A DNA stretch of 64,000 bases, taken from assembly GCF_025526975.1 (NCBI RefSeq), contig NW_026515673.1, positions 744,001 to 808,000 of the forward strand. Direction: 5' to 3'. The translations under genes and the position numbers were made by a program. Each line of letters starts with the position of its first letter. Position 1 is the first letter of the stretch. This DNA is from Fimicolochytrium jonesii (Eukaryota). The notes under the pieces are model-generated. The model worked only from the letters and a program-made list of their open reading frames with translations, was not told the origin of the DNA and did no database searches. This document shows, piece after piece, positions 1-14,382 of this stretch.

Positions 1-247
1 GCCGATTCAAGTGACAGCGGAGCCTTAACGGTTGGTGGGCAATCTCAACTCCCGAAAAGGTATCGGACGCGTGTAAAAAGAAGCAGAAGCTTTTGCTGGG
101 CATTGGGAGGAGTTCTCCATCGCTCCGAATAGTTGCTGAGGCTCTGTTTGCTTTCTTCCGAACTGTTTGCCGTCGCACGAACAGGAAAATCCCCAGCAAT
201 AGCAATTTTGGAATCCTGCACCCGTACCATAAACCGCCTGCCTTAAA

Positions 248-1566
<1,319 letters not shown>

Positions 1567-2192
1567 ACTGGTTCGGTTCATGTGACCCAGTGAAACCCCT
1601 TTGCAAACAATGCTCAAACCTGTAAAACGACGACACAAATGGGGAAGTGCACTCGTGTCTACTCATTGCATGTGGCGCACCCCATTCAACAAAACTGGAA
1701 GCCTCGACATTTTAGTTATCGAAGAGCTACATTCCCCAGTTGTAATTCTTCACCCGCTTTCCCGTGTGATTGGGAGGCGGGAGGGGCATCGATTAGTCTG
1801 GAATGGCAAAAACCCCGATTGTGTCTCGTTTTTGTGCGTCCCGTGTTCCTACCCCATTTCTCCCTATAGAAATTTTGTTCTTTCTCATTTAAGCCGTTGA
1901 TTTTGAGGACTTGCTCGTGGTTGTCTGTAATTCTTTCTGAGTTCTGTTAGTAAGTGGGACTGACATCGGCTATCAGCTTGCCTTACTGTTCTAAGCCGAG
2001 GAAAAGCAGATGTTTTCCGTCATGCATTGGATAGCATTCATGGACAGACTTGGCCATCGATTGGCGATGCTCGGCACTCATCAAAATCTAACATCTCTCC
2101 ACTGCCCGTGATCGTAAAGCACTCCGAAACACGCATGCCCTCGGATACGTCAAATCTACATTCCAATATTACAAGCAAATTCTTCCAATAAT

Positions 2193-3565
2193 CTATACAA
2201 GTGCTGGCCTGGGCTCCTCGGCGTACTGCGGAACCAACCGAAAAGAAAAAGACGGACGCTTTGTCAGCGTTCGCGTTTGAGACAATGCGCCAGATGAAGC
2301 TCCCCTACCTTGTAATGCAGTTCCGTCACATCCGTCTGGCCGATGAATTCCCAGCCTCCGGGCTTGATGTGGTAGACTTACAGAGAAGTGCACGGGGTTA
2401 AAATAACGCTGACTAAAACGTACGACATAAGAATGATTTGCTTACCATTTACGACTCCACCGGATGCGGCATCTGTATATCAGTAGAAACACATTTGCGA
2501 GCATCAGCAACATTCCCGATTGAACCAATTCCCAAGGAAGTGCTCATTACCTCTGAAGGTGGCGTGGTAGATAGCCCTCCTCCCGAGCTCGATAGCTTCC
2601 GGCAAAGACAAGTCGTGGCGGAAACCAGCATCCAGGACACCATACGCGAATGTGGAACCGGAACCGACAGAGAACAGATCTCCCTTCAGACGTTGGCCGT
2701 CGGAATCAACGTAGAACAGTTGCGGGCCCTACAAATCCGCCGGTGTTTAGAGGTCGTTTTCGAGAGAGAAACAAACACCGGATGAGAGTAGTGGCTTACA
2801 GTCTTATCCCATCCCGTGATCATGGTTCCCATAGACAGTCCCATCCCCTTGTACGCATAGACCATGTTGGAGAGCAATTTCGATGCCGCGGCCACGGAAA
2901 TGCGCTCCTTATTCCTCAACTCGTATACCCTGGATTCATTCAAGGCAGTAAGATCTCTGTCCAAGTATTCCCAAGGGATTAAACCGATCGCCTCAAATCC
3001 GTTCCTCACCTGCAGCGACGACCTAACTCCCGTTCCCAGTAGGAACAATCGGCGGCACCACCAGCCATAGTTCCCAGCAAATATGGATTGATTTCAATAA
3101 CCTTCTTGACATGCTGCGATGCTATTAAAATGATAGGTTTAAGTCTCCGCGTCAGTCTTTCGTCCTGTGGAATGGGAACAAGCAGAAGGAACTGAAATAC
3201 CAATATATGTGCCACCGGTCGCACGCGAATCAACAGCGACAATAATGCCTCCCTGGAACTTGAACGCCAGTGTCGTCGTTCCCTTTGCCATCTTGATGCG
3301 GTTCTCAGCTTCGTCGCTCATTTGATGCTGCAGCCACGCGATGGGCTAAAGATCACACGCATATTGTAAGCGATTCGGCACCATTAAGAGCGTCAGATAC
3401 CTAGAACGACTCGCTGCGACGTACGTCAGTCATATTGGGAACTTCGAAGGTAGGGTGCTGGAACATGTCCGGGTTGACTTGGTTGGCGATGCTGTACTCA
3501 TCTTCCTCGCCAAGTTCGAGGTGGGCCGATGACGTTCCCGTGGGGAGGAAGTCGAGGTTAAGCAT
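2193..3565 (-). CDS. PRE2: 20S proteasome subunit beta5 (chymotrypsin-like), multi-exon, with propeptide
   Basis: [56 protein letters not shown] and [34 protein letters not shown] are seen. The last exon is [10 protein letters not shown]. Confidence 0.95.
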
Positions 3566-3845
3566 ATTAGAGACGGGTGACAAAAGCTGTGAGGGCTGGG
3601 TGCTTGAGCTGTGAGGTCCGTTTCACTGTAGTTTCTAGGTTTGAGTAGGTGATGTCGGATGGGGAACAGTCGAGAAGTTAGAACCTTTTGAACGTTACCG
3701 TCGTGAGAGTCGTGAGAGAAAGACAGTTGCAAGACTAGCCAGCCTCGCGTCCATATGGATCTCGACTCGGACGCGTCTAAAAGCACCCGTTTGAAGTGGT
3801 CCTACTGTACTTTCAAACGCCATCACCGCATGAACCATCGTCAGA

Positions 3846-4452
3846 ATGCTCTCTCCGGACCCGACCCGCTCTCCGTCAGGATCCTCCGCCGCCGCCGAAG
3901 AAGGCCAGCCGTCCGCCAGTAACGCTCCCGCCGACGACGCGGCCGCCGCCATGTCTCGCCCAGCGTCCGCTCGCGTTATCAACTCCGCTATGCAGCAAAG
4001 ACTGAACCTGGACCATGTTCGTGAGTCGCATACTAGTAAACATATTGCATATAGCTGGGCTGAGGTCCTAATGAGGCCTTGCTTGCTTCGCAACACAGAT
4101 TGATATTCGGATGAAAAACGAGCTGTATCTCCGCCAACACCCTGAAATACGACACATTTTGGACTATTTCGTCACGCAGGTCCTCGTTCAGCAGCCGGAG
4201 GACATCGGGGGATATGCGTTAGGTTAGTAAAGCGAGCTTAGACGCGTAGACGTGGAGCAGATGGGCCGCTGCATGGGACGACGGCCCGAGACTGGAGTCA
4301 GAGTGTTGATTGAATGTGCAGCAGACTTATCGTGTTTCGTTTGTTGCACGATTTCAGAACTCTTCTCGGACCAGGCATTGAGGGAAAAGGTGGAGAAGCA
4401 TTCGTCGGAATGCCAGCAATTGGATGCATCAGAATTGGACGATGAGGCGTGA
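3846..4452 (+). CDS. Small RIIa/D-D docking domain protein, RIIAD1-like (exons 3846-4016, 4099-4222, 4358-4452)
   Basis: The spliced product contains IDIRMKNELYLRQHPEIRHILDYFVTQVLVQQPEDIGGYALELFSDQALREKV, which resembles the RIIa helix pair of RIIAD1. Introns are GT-AG and in frame. Confidence 0.75.
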
Positions 4453-4748
4453 GGCTGAAGGAGATGGAGACGATCATCCATTTTTGGAAAGGGGACGTGA
4501 CGTGACGAATGAGTGCTCCCCACGCCTCAGGCGTTTCCTGGCTGCTTCTGCTCTATTATCGTACGTGGTAACGGTAGCTCAGACCAAAGTTTTGGAATGC
4601 ATGGCTCATGTGGTTGGGTGCACATGCGGGGAACGGTCGAAGTGCATATATGTATACACAGTTGATTTTACATCGTCATCGTCCCTGGCGTGGCGGTTAT
4701 ACGAAAAGCTTTCAAACACTGGAAAAAAGGTGCAACATGATGCCCGTT

Positions 4749-6041
4749 TTAGTCCGCTGTTGGTTTTGGCGATACAGCTTCGCAAGTTACTATGTACTCG
4801 GTTGTTACGCCTTTTTTCTGACGCTTTCGCCGATTCCTGTTTTTGTGACCAGGGCCCTCCGTCGGCGGCCTTCCACTCTCATCTTGAGGCTGTTCTAGCG
4901 CTCGTTTGACCTTTTTAGCCTTCTTCTCTACTGGTTCAGAGGGACCAGCCTGTGTGGAGTACGGCCGTTGACCTAATTGCTTTTCCTTCTTGCAGAGTTC
5001 CTTCTTCAACTGCTTCTTCATCTTCTTCTTCATCGCATTTTTGGATAGTTCTCCGGGCGCCCTTCCGGCGACTGCTTCACAGAGCGCTTGGTCATGCTCT
5101 GACAATTTAGGTTCGCGCATTTTCGGATATTGAGAAAATAGATCTTCGTCCAGCTCCGGTGAAACGACATATGCGGGTTTCACGGCAGTCGCTGTTCCAT
5201 GGACATCCATATCGAAGGCTGGGTGGGCTTCCATGTAGGCTCTTACGTCTGACGGCGATGCTCGGTGCAGATCCTCTAAGTACTTTAAGAGCGATAGGAG
5301 AACTGTATCTGCAGCCGGGTCGACGTTTCGATTCGTTACTGTAAAGGTGGGGAGATGAAGGCCGTTCCGAGGGGTGAAACTGGCTTTCCCAGCTGTGTCA
5401 TCGATCAAGATCGTATTGCGCTGTAGGGCGAGAAGCAGCGCATTTAGGATTGGGGTTTCTCAGACTAAGGGCACACGATCCCATCCATACCTCATTCCAT
5501 CGTCCTCCAGGATTCGCCTCCGGGTCATTCCAAAACCTTTCCAAATCCTTCTTTCCCACGTGAGACTTGCTGGCGACCTGGCATTTTAGTCGATCCCAGC
5601 CAAACACCAATGCTTCTTGATGGTGGCGGAAGACTTCCGTAAACATGAGCATCGCGTTCCGGGGACATGCTGACGTCCATGATGCGATCGCATAGTCTTG
5701 GAATATTCTATTCAGAAAAGTGTCCAAGTACGGTCGTCTGCAAGTACAAAATTCAAACGAGGTCAGGCACTAGTTTCAAAAGGCAAGGGACACGCAGTCT
5801 TCCGCACAGCTCAACTCACAGGTAGCATCTTCCTTGATAAGAATCATAACGCAGTTAGGTTTAGTTATTCACAATGAAAGAGGTCCAAGGCGATGGCAGC
5901 TTACTTCTGTCTTAGGAAGTGAAAACATGGTTGTGGCGGACAGAACGGATTCTCTCTTGCCATCTTCTTTTCGGTCTTTGTGATCCGCTCGAGTAGCGTT
6001 CCGTTGACGTCCAATACCAGCAGAAACTCCTTCCTACTCAT
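4749..6041 (-). CDS. FCP1-homology (NIF/HAD-fold) phosphatase-like protein, multi-exon
   Basis: LLVLDVNGTLL (HAD motif I variant), RPYLDTFL..WTSA, KKDL and LIDDT..K motifs, followed by a Lys-rich C-terminal tail. The exact 3' end is uncertain. Confidence 0.8.
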
Positions 6042-6372
6042 GGCTGCTGTGCTTATATGGCTCGAAGTTAGAACAAAAGAAAAGAGCGACATGGGGTCCA
6101 AAATGGGTCCAAAAGTCCGATTTTCCCACGCGCGCCCGAGGATCATCGATACAAATCAATGCCGTTCTGAATGCCGTCCAACTTCGAACACCACTGCCCC
6201 AACGATCTGCAAGCCTGAACCCGACATACATACGATCCCGCTTTGTTGAGTCGTCTGCTTGAAGGCACACGTCGGATAACCAGCTTACAGTGAGCAGTTT
6301 CATAATTTATCAGCAGTCCCCATTTCATCATCCACGACATCCATCACCATTCAGGGCGGCGGAGAGAACCCA

Positions 6373-9300
6373 ATGTTCTGGCGGTTTGGCTTCCACAATG
6401 CGTCGGCTATAGACGGATTGTTGGACAAGGAAGGGCTGACGTTAGACGAGCTGTTGGAGGAGGAGGAGACGTTACAAGAATGCAAGGCTCACAATACAAA
6501 GCTGGTTGAGTTGTAAGCATATTCATCCTTCAGAACACCGTGTACTACTAGGCTGGGTGGGAAGACTTACCGACTTTGGCCTTGCCTTCTAGCCTGTGCA
6601 AGCCAGAGGTGCTCAAGCAGCTTCTGGGTTTCATAATGAACTCCGACGACCTCGAGGAGGCTAAGCGCTTCAAGTATGTCATGCATCTTCATGGTCTCGC
6701 TTGCGCGTGAGCTGATCTCCCCGTGCCCCCAATAGATACCCTTACCTGGCGTGTGAAATCCTCAGCTGCGAAATCTTTTCAATATGTGAAGGGATTGTAT
6801 CCAACGAAGAGCTTATGAATGATTTCTGGACGCTCCTGGACCGCCCTGCTCCATTGAATCCCTTGACGGCGAGCTACTTCAGCAAAGTCAATGGTGTCCT
6901 TTTGTCGAAGAAAATGCCGGAGGTTGGATCCGTGGCGTCTTGCTCAATGCGCATCACCTACGACCGCATCGTTAATCCCATGTTGCATTTTCAGATGATA
7001 ACCTTCATTCGCAAACAACCGAATGTCGTACAGCGATTACTCTCCCATGTTGGCAGTTCCGCGATATCAGATCTTCTGCTGAAGTTAATAAGCATGGAGG
7101 AATTGCCAGAAGGAAGCGGGACTGTTGAGGTGGGCTGGTGCCGACTGTCATTGCGGTGAGCTAGTCGATCACTAAACATCTTCGGTCAACAGTGGCTCAG
7201 TAAGGAGGGCCTGATTCCATCGCTACTAAATCGGATGGACCCGAAGTTGGATTCGGAGGTATGCATCGTAAATCTGAACTGAAGGTGGGAAGACTACATT
7301 CTTACGTCCCATTCAGGTGCATAACACGGCTGCACAAACGCTGCTCGATGTGATTGCCGTCAGCTATCAGACCATCGGCCCGCAAGAGATCCTCCCAACG
7401 GGCTTGGGAGGATCCGTCCTCGGGGAGCAGCCAGCACTCACGACTTCGATTAGCGGAAACACGTTGGTTGATGAGTTGAAAAGGTGAGCACCGCTCGTCT
7501 CGACTTTTCGCGTAAGCGCACCAGGCTTCGGAACATTGACGAAGATTTCTCGTAGTGAGGAGATGATGAACAAACTTGCATCATATATGCTAGATGAGCG
7601 GAGCCCCCAATCCGCCACTACTCTCGTGAATGGCATTAACATCATAATCGAGCTCATTCGACGATACTGCAGGTGGGACAGCCCGTGCGAAACCGACGCT
7701 CGTTTCATTGCTGAACCCATCGTTCCCCACAGCGAAATCGAGCAAGCGGAATACCAGCAACACCAGTATCAACAACAGCCGGTGACTCAACGAACAGGTC
7801 CGCCGCCACCAGCCCCTGAAAAACTAAGAGCACTTGCAACAGACCTCAATGACCTGCTCCACGTGATCGGTTCACGTTTGACGCAATTTTCTCAATTGTT
7901 ACACGGGTCCCATTACTTGGTATGCGTCAGTGGTACCTGTCTTTCGAGGGTCTACTCTAATAGCGCCTTGCTTTTCAGGAAGAAAAGGATGCCCCGGTTG
8001 GGAAGGCTCCTACGCTCGGATCTGAGCGTCTGAAAACCTGCGAGCTTTTCGCCGAGATCCTGCACTTACAATATCTGTACACATCGAGTCCGCTCTTCGA
8101 AAGACTCATTACCGTGCACCACGGGCACCCCGACAAATCTGACTCTGACGAAGATTCGGGCAAGACGGAATTGACCCCAAAATCGCCTACGGAACAGTCT
8201 GCACCATCAGCTACCGAGTCGACCCCTCCCGCGAGAAGCGTGGCCAATGAGCTTGTATCCCTAACGAACAAGTTCATTGACGCCAAAATATTACCTGTGT
8301 GCCTGGTGGGTTCAATCTGTGAAATACCACGTTACATCCGCAAGCTAATGGATGACGGAATCGCTAGGATCTATTCTTTCGCTTTCCATGGAACAACTTC
8401 TTGCATTCGGTTGTATACGATATGATCGCGAAAGTGTTCAACACGTACTCCTACACCAGCACCACCAACCTCCCCAAGGCTCCTACGGCCTTACCTGGCG
8501 ATGATGAAGGTATCGTCCCACAAGAGGCGATAAGCCCTGCCCAGAGTGCTGTTGAGGCACAGATGGGAGCGGTGAAGATCATTGTCCGGAGATTGGTCTT
8601 GTCGGTAGGTTTTGAAGCCCGATACAGTTTTTCACCGTTGTTGACATGGGAACAAGAAGCTAACGGAGATGATCAGATATTCAAGGATGGAGAGTTGACA
8701 AAACAAATCACGAGGGCTCAAAGGCAAAACGATGCGCAAGTGTAAGCAGTCGTCGAGCATTGAATTTCTCAAATGGACATGCCTGACCTGTTATGATAGG
8801 GCAAAGCCGAAAGGAGTGCGTCTCGGATACATGGGGCACTTGACCTACATCGCGGACGAAGTCTGCAAGCTTCTGGACAAGTGCAACGAGGATCTGAGCA
8901 AGGAACTAGGCGGTGGGTTCACATGCGACACGAGTGTCAATGCGCTCGTATTCTCATCTTCCTGTTTCTTTACAGAACTTGTTGTCGCCGAAGACTGGCA
9001 AAACTACGTGCTCGGAGCCCTGAAAGAAACGAGAGAACGAGACCGACAACCATTAGGAGGCGTTCGGCCAAATGGCGGTCCTCAGCAGCATCAGGTCCCA
9101 ATCATGGGAGGCGTTGGTGGAAGCTTCACGGGAGGGCCCGATGAAGCGGATGGCCTGAAGATTGGAGGGACTGTGATCAAGCGAGAACCTGATGAAGATG
9201 AAGATGAAATGGATCCGACCAACGCTGGTGATGCGTTCATGGGAGATGGAGATGTTTCCAGCGATCAGGTAAGGATCGCTTTCTGGCGGAGAAGCCCCGG

Positions 9301-9982
9301 CCGGACGCATTCGCTACCAAGAGGATTACTTATCGCCTGAACCCTCGCCCCACTTTAGTTTGCAAGGTTTCTTTGCCATCAGGTTGGTTTTGAAATGCTG
9401 ACTGTGTACGGGCAGGCTGTGTGAGTCTCATTCATTTCGCCACCTACAGATCGTTGCAGATCTACCTGATCGGTTCATTGGAGTTGACAACTCGGATGAC
9501 GAAGACGACGGCGAAGACGGCGGATCAGGATGGCTGGGGTAAGAGTTTGGCAAAGGTAGACGGTTCGACTCCCATAGTAACCTGACTCTGGGCGGGCATG
9601 ATCAGAACGTTTGAGAGCAAGGACTTTGACGTTCGTGAAGCATTCGACTCCGTAAGTAGCCGGCGACAATCTTGGTATCATCTACCCACAAGAATGCTGA
9701 TCCTCAATGCCCTCCCAGGATAACCCCTTCCCTGACAAGCGCTCCTCCTTCGGCGCCGACTTCGCCGAGGTCAGTAAAGTAGATTCGGGGGATATTCCCT
9801 GCAGTATCGTTGAAGAGGACGAAGATATCCCCGATCCACCAGCGGACGAGCAGAGAATCTCACCTCCTCCGACCAGCGATACCCAGAAAGCGCAAGCATT
9901 CGACCTGACTGACCTGGGGAAATCGCTGCCAGAAACAGACGATGAGAAGCCACCTGCTCCGGAGGGCGAGCCAAGAGCATGA
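6373..9982 (+). CDS. SIT4-associating protein (SAP155/185/190; PP6 regulatory subunit family), many exons
   Basis: The N-terminus MFWRFGFHNASAIDGLLDKEGLTLDELLEEEETLQECKAHNTKLVE is typical, as are KYPYLACEILSC, FFRFPWNNFLHSVVYDMI and RLGYMGHLTYIA. The tail is acidic. Confidence 0.92.
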
Positions 9983-11568
9983 TAGGCACCGGACTTGGTG
10001 GCGCGTCCGGCAAACCGTAATTCGATGACAAAGTAACTACCCACAAGTAAATGTATCTAGGACTCGAAGTCCTCAGAAAGGAAGCAAGTTGCGGGGGGCC
10101 TGCTTTTGGGAGAAGAATCACACGGGAAGCCTTCGGACTGGTCCAAAGCTTCTCTGTTTCTATTCTATTCTGATTTGGTTCGATTGTTTCCTCCTTACTT
10201 CCGTACTTTTACTTGAATTTCCTACCACCCCTTCCCCACTACGCGTATATGCCAATAGTCTTCCCTCCCCCTCTTTGTTTTCGATCGTCATAATTTGGGA
10301 GGTTTTCTTGGTGTCTCGTTCTAATTCTGTATAAAAATACGAGTATTTTCAGTACCATCAACAGCTTTCCAACGAGACTGGTGGGCGAGGTTCGATTGCT
10401 GTCACAGCCTCACAGGTTGTCCAGCTTCGCTTCTAAACTTCAAAGCTTGTCCGTCTGCTTTCGGACGCAAATCCAGACAGCAAAGGAATACGCGTCTTAG
10501 GGCATCTCCACCGTGGACTCCAAAAAGTGTCGCCCAGTTCCATCATGGGCTGAAAAAAGAGGTCTAAGGGAAAAAGCATCTCCTCCGTTCCCCGTTTGTG
10601 AGGTCTCGCGCACTTCATTGGGTGCATGGGATTTGAGTCACTTACTGTAGAGCCAGTAACTGTACTGCCGCTACTGTACATATGTGGTGTCGCCGAAATC
10701 GACGCTATACGGCGAGCCATGGCACCACCCACCGTTATCGTGCAATGCCGAAGCAGGAAGAGCAGGTCTTCCCAATAATCAACCTAGACGGCCATTGATG
10801 AACATCTGAGGATCTGATAGGGAACGATACCTTCTTCATAAAAAAGTTCATCCTGTGCCGTTCGCTCGTGGGCGGCGGTATCGAACAAACATTCAATATG
10901 CCGTTGTTGACATCAATTGACATGTTCTTCCGACTCCAAGCCTAGCCTGTCCCATTCATTCCCCTTTTTGCAGTTGTCGTGTCTAGGTGTGAGGAATATC
11001 GACGTTCGTATGGAAGCCAGACTTCGGCCGACCAGTTTGTTTTCTAGGTCGACGTGCACCTATACAAGCGCGGGACTGATCTCTACAGCATAACAGCGCT
11101 CCCCTCAATTTCCCTCAGCGAGGGCCTCAGCGAGGGAGTCTCTTACATCTGAATTTGAGGGTTCCGCGGAAGCTGTGACATAGGTCGGCTTTGCATCATG
11201 CAGTCAGTTCACATGGAGAAATCCAAAAAATCCGACTTGGGTTGTTCCCATTTGGCGCCTTTCGCGCCTTGGATTAGGATCTGCACGGGAAGCTGCGGGA
11301 AGGCTTTGAGAGGCTTTGAGTGATGTGATGCGATTGTCGTCGTCCTCCGGGTCTTTCCGCGGGAAGTGGAAAGCTGACTTGAAGTCGCCGCCATCTTTCG
11401 TTCGAAATTCTTCACATATATATCAGGACAGGACGGCATGAACTGCCGGCTAGATATTTCAGGAAGGGCCAGCCTACCTTACAAATCCCCCGTTCGTTGA
11501 AAAGGTTCGGGAGGCATTCCCAACGCATTGGCGAGTTCAACTTTCGCTCATATCCCCGCTCACTCACG

Positions 11569-12969
11569 ATGCTGAACGACTCGGCTCCTGCCGGCTTCGT
11601 TGACGCACCTACTGTCATCGCAGGCAGCGTTGCTGCCGCTGCCGCTGCAACGTCACTGAGCGCAATGTCTAGCGACCATAGCAACTCCGTGGTGTCAACG
11701 CTTGTGGAGGCAAAGACCAAAGCGCTGCAAATTGCGGTATGTTTACCCAGAACCCATACTATCCCACCCTTTTCTTTCCCAAGAGAGACTCTTTGCTGAT
11801 TAATGATGGCGTGGGACACAGTCGGTCGCAATCTACTCGTCTCTGCTCTACATCAACTCCTTCGTCCTCGCGGTCCTTCTGTACAACTGGCGGCTGACAT
11901 GGCCTTTCTTCGTGGTATATTGTGGCTGGGCATATCTGTTTGACTCGGGGACGCCGTTCACAGGGGGAACGGATCGCATGCGGTTCTTTAGGGATTGGAG
12001 CTTTTGGAATTACTTCGGGTGCGTTATAATCCCGGAGGATTTGGGTCAAGGTGTTGATTGACGATGGGAGTCGGCACTGACGCTCCATGATATATAGGCA
12101 ATACTTTGATGCCGAACTTGTGAAAACTGCCGAGCTGGACCCAACAAAGAACTATCTGTTCGGTTACCACCCTCACGGAATCTATTGCTACGGGCTTCTG
12201 TAAGTGGTGGCTTCTCATCTCTATGGTACGAGCTTCGGAGCTTACATCATTCTCCCTTTCTAGTCCCAACTTCATAAGCAACTACTCAAATTTCTCGGGA
12301 CAGTTCCCCGGCATCAAAATCCGCATGACAACACTAGACGTCAACTACGTCATTCCCCTCTGGCGCGAAATCTCAATGGCCCTCGGCGTCGTCTCAGTCG
12401 GAGCCAAATCCCTCAAACACATCCTCAGCAGAAAGGGCCCCGGCTGGTCGGCGATGGTCGTTATCGGCGGCGCCGACGAGGCGCTGCTCGCATATCCCGG
12501 CACCAGCGACCTGATCCTGAACCAACGCAAGGGTTTCGTGAAGATTGCAGTGCAGACCGGCGCGGCGCTGGTTCCGGTATTCACGTTTGGAGAGAACGAC
12601 CTATATTGGCAGGTTACGGAGACGAATGCGCCCGAAATCCGCAAAGTGCAGAAGCGCGTGGCGAAGATCTTGACGTTTTCGATTCCGTTGATGTGGGGAA
12701 GTTTTGGGCTGTTTCCGAGGAAGACGAGGCTCGTGTCGGTTGGTGAGTATACTCTCTGGGATGCATTCCATGGACGAACTCTTGGCTGATCTTCCCTTAT
12801 CATTCCTGAAGTTGGCGCGCCGATACATATCAAAAAACAAGACAATCCCTCGCGGGAATACATCGCGGAGATTCATCAACAGTACGTGGATGCACTGTTG
12901 AAGTTGTACAATGACCACAAGGACCGGTATGCGGTGGACAGGACGAGGGACCTGCGGATAGTGCGATGA
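11569..12969 (+). CDS. DGA1: DGAT2/MGAT-family acylglycerol O-acyltransferase, multi-exon
   Basis: FGYHPHGI, VIGGADEAL, RKGFVKIAVQTGAALVPVFTFGENDL and VGAPI motifs are present. The start codon could be 11569 or 11665. Confidence 0.88.
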
Positions 12970-13353
12970 AGAGTTAGATTAAACGGGCGAAGTTAGAGGC
13001 GGCATATGGTTTTCCGTTTTTTTACTTGACATGATGGACTAGTCATACTTGCGGCGTATTTATTTCTATTGGTTCTCAAGTCCGTGCGCAAACAAAACTT
13101 TGCTGTGCGAAGTGCAAAGGGCTAAATGCAAGGAACTCGTTACGGGGTATATTACGCTCATCGGAATGAACAACTAAAAGACTGAAAAACTATGGGGGCG
13201 AACGCAACGTTTTGGGAATGGGAAGCGGGGAGAGCACAGCAGCGAACACAGATTTTGCGAAGGGTGCTACATGTATCCACTCACAGGATTTCCAGTGACG
13301 GCAGCCTTCATGTGTAAATCACGGAGCAAACGCCAACGCAATGCTATCCCACA

Positions 13354-14382
13354 TCACGACAACTCCATCGACCCGCCCACATCCGCTCCAAACGACGCCA
13401 CCCTAACAGGTTTTCGATGCTGACCCGCCGCAATCCCCATCCCATTCTGCTGCTGCTGTATTTTCAGGTTCCTAATCTGCTGCTCGACAGCCGCATTGTC
13501 GTGTGGAGCCCGTGACGATGCGCTGTTTTCATCCATTTCGAGACTGAAGGGCTCGGACGAGTCGGAGATGTGACCTGGGTCTCGTATCGACGTGTGCTGT
13601 GATGACGCATTCGCGTCGCTGCTCTCGTCCTCATCGTCGTCATCTTCATCCTCGTCTCCGTCGTTGGTATCGCCGTTCACTCCCTCTTCCTCATCCTCAT
13701 CATCGTCGTCGTCGTCTCCGTCGTTGTCCTGAAATCGATTCGAACGTGGTGCGTGCGCGGGTTCTGTTATTTTGGTGGCCATTTTTCGACCTTCTTTTAA
13801 AGCGCTTCGCATGTTGTAGTGAGATGCGCGCATTGCTTCGAATTTGTCGTGTTTTTCCCGCTCTGCAGAAATTTCCCATGGATATATTCAGTAACGGGAC
13901 ATCAACCCGGATTCAACACTGCAAGTGTATTCACGAACAAATACCTTCAGCAGTCATCGTCTCCTCCGGCTCATCATCATCCCACTCATCCACCGATACC
14001 CGTCTCTTCACAACGACGGGATGAGCCCCATTCGCGTTCTCCTGGGCCCGCTCAGCATTCCGGTCCTTCTCCCTCTCCCTCTCCTTCTCAACATCCACCA
14101 GCGCATCGGTCAATTCCATCGGCGGCACTGCGGCGGTGCTGCCGAGGACCATATCCGATGCCGAGTCGTAGCGGATGTAAGGGGTTTTGGGCTCAGTGAT
14201 CTTCATCGTGGCGGATTTGGCGGCTTCTGTCATTTGAAGGTTGTCTTCGTCCCACTTGATCCTAAAGAAAGGTTTGGGGTTGAGCGCAGGAACTGGTTGA
14301 ATTGTACACTGGAAGTAAAAGCTTACCCTCGCGGCGCACCGACGTCCTCCGCCGAGTGCTTTAGAATTCCTCGAAGGGGCAT
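13354..14382 (-). CDS. GLC8: Protein phosphatase 1 inhibitor-2 (IPP-2/Glc8 family)
   Basis: RGILK, IKWDEDNL, MKITEPKTPY and FEAMRASHYNM motifs, followed by an acidic tail. Confidence 0.88.

Noticed and set aside
10380..11440. Short ORFs between the SAP and DGAT2 genes
   Set aside because: No recognisable motifs or coherent splice model.
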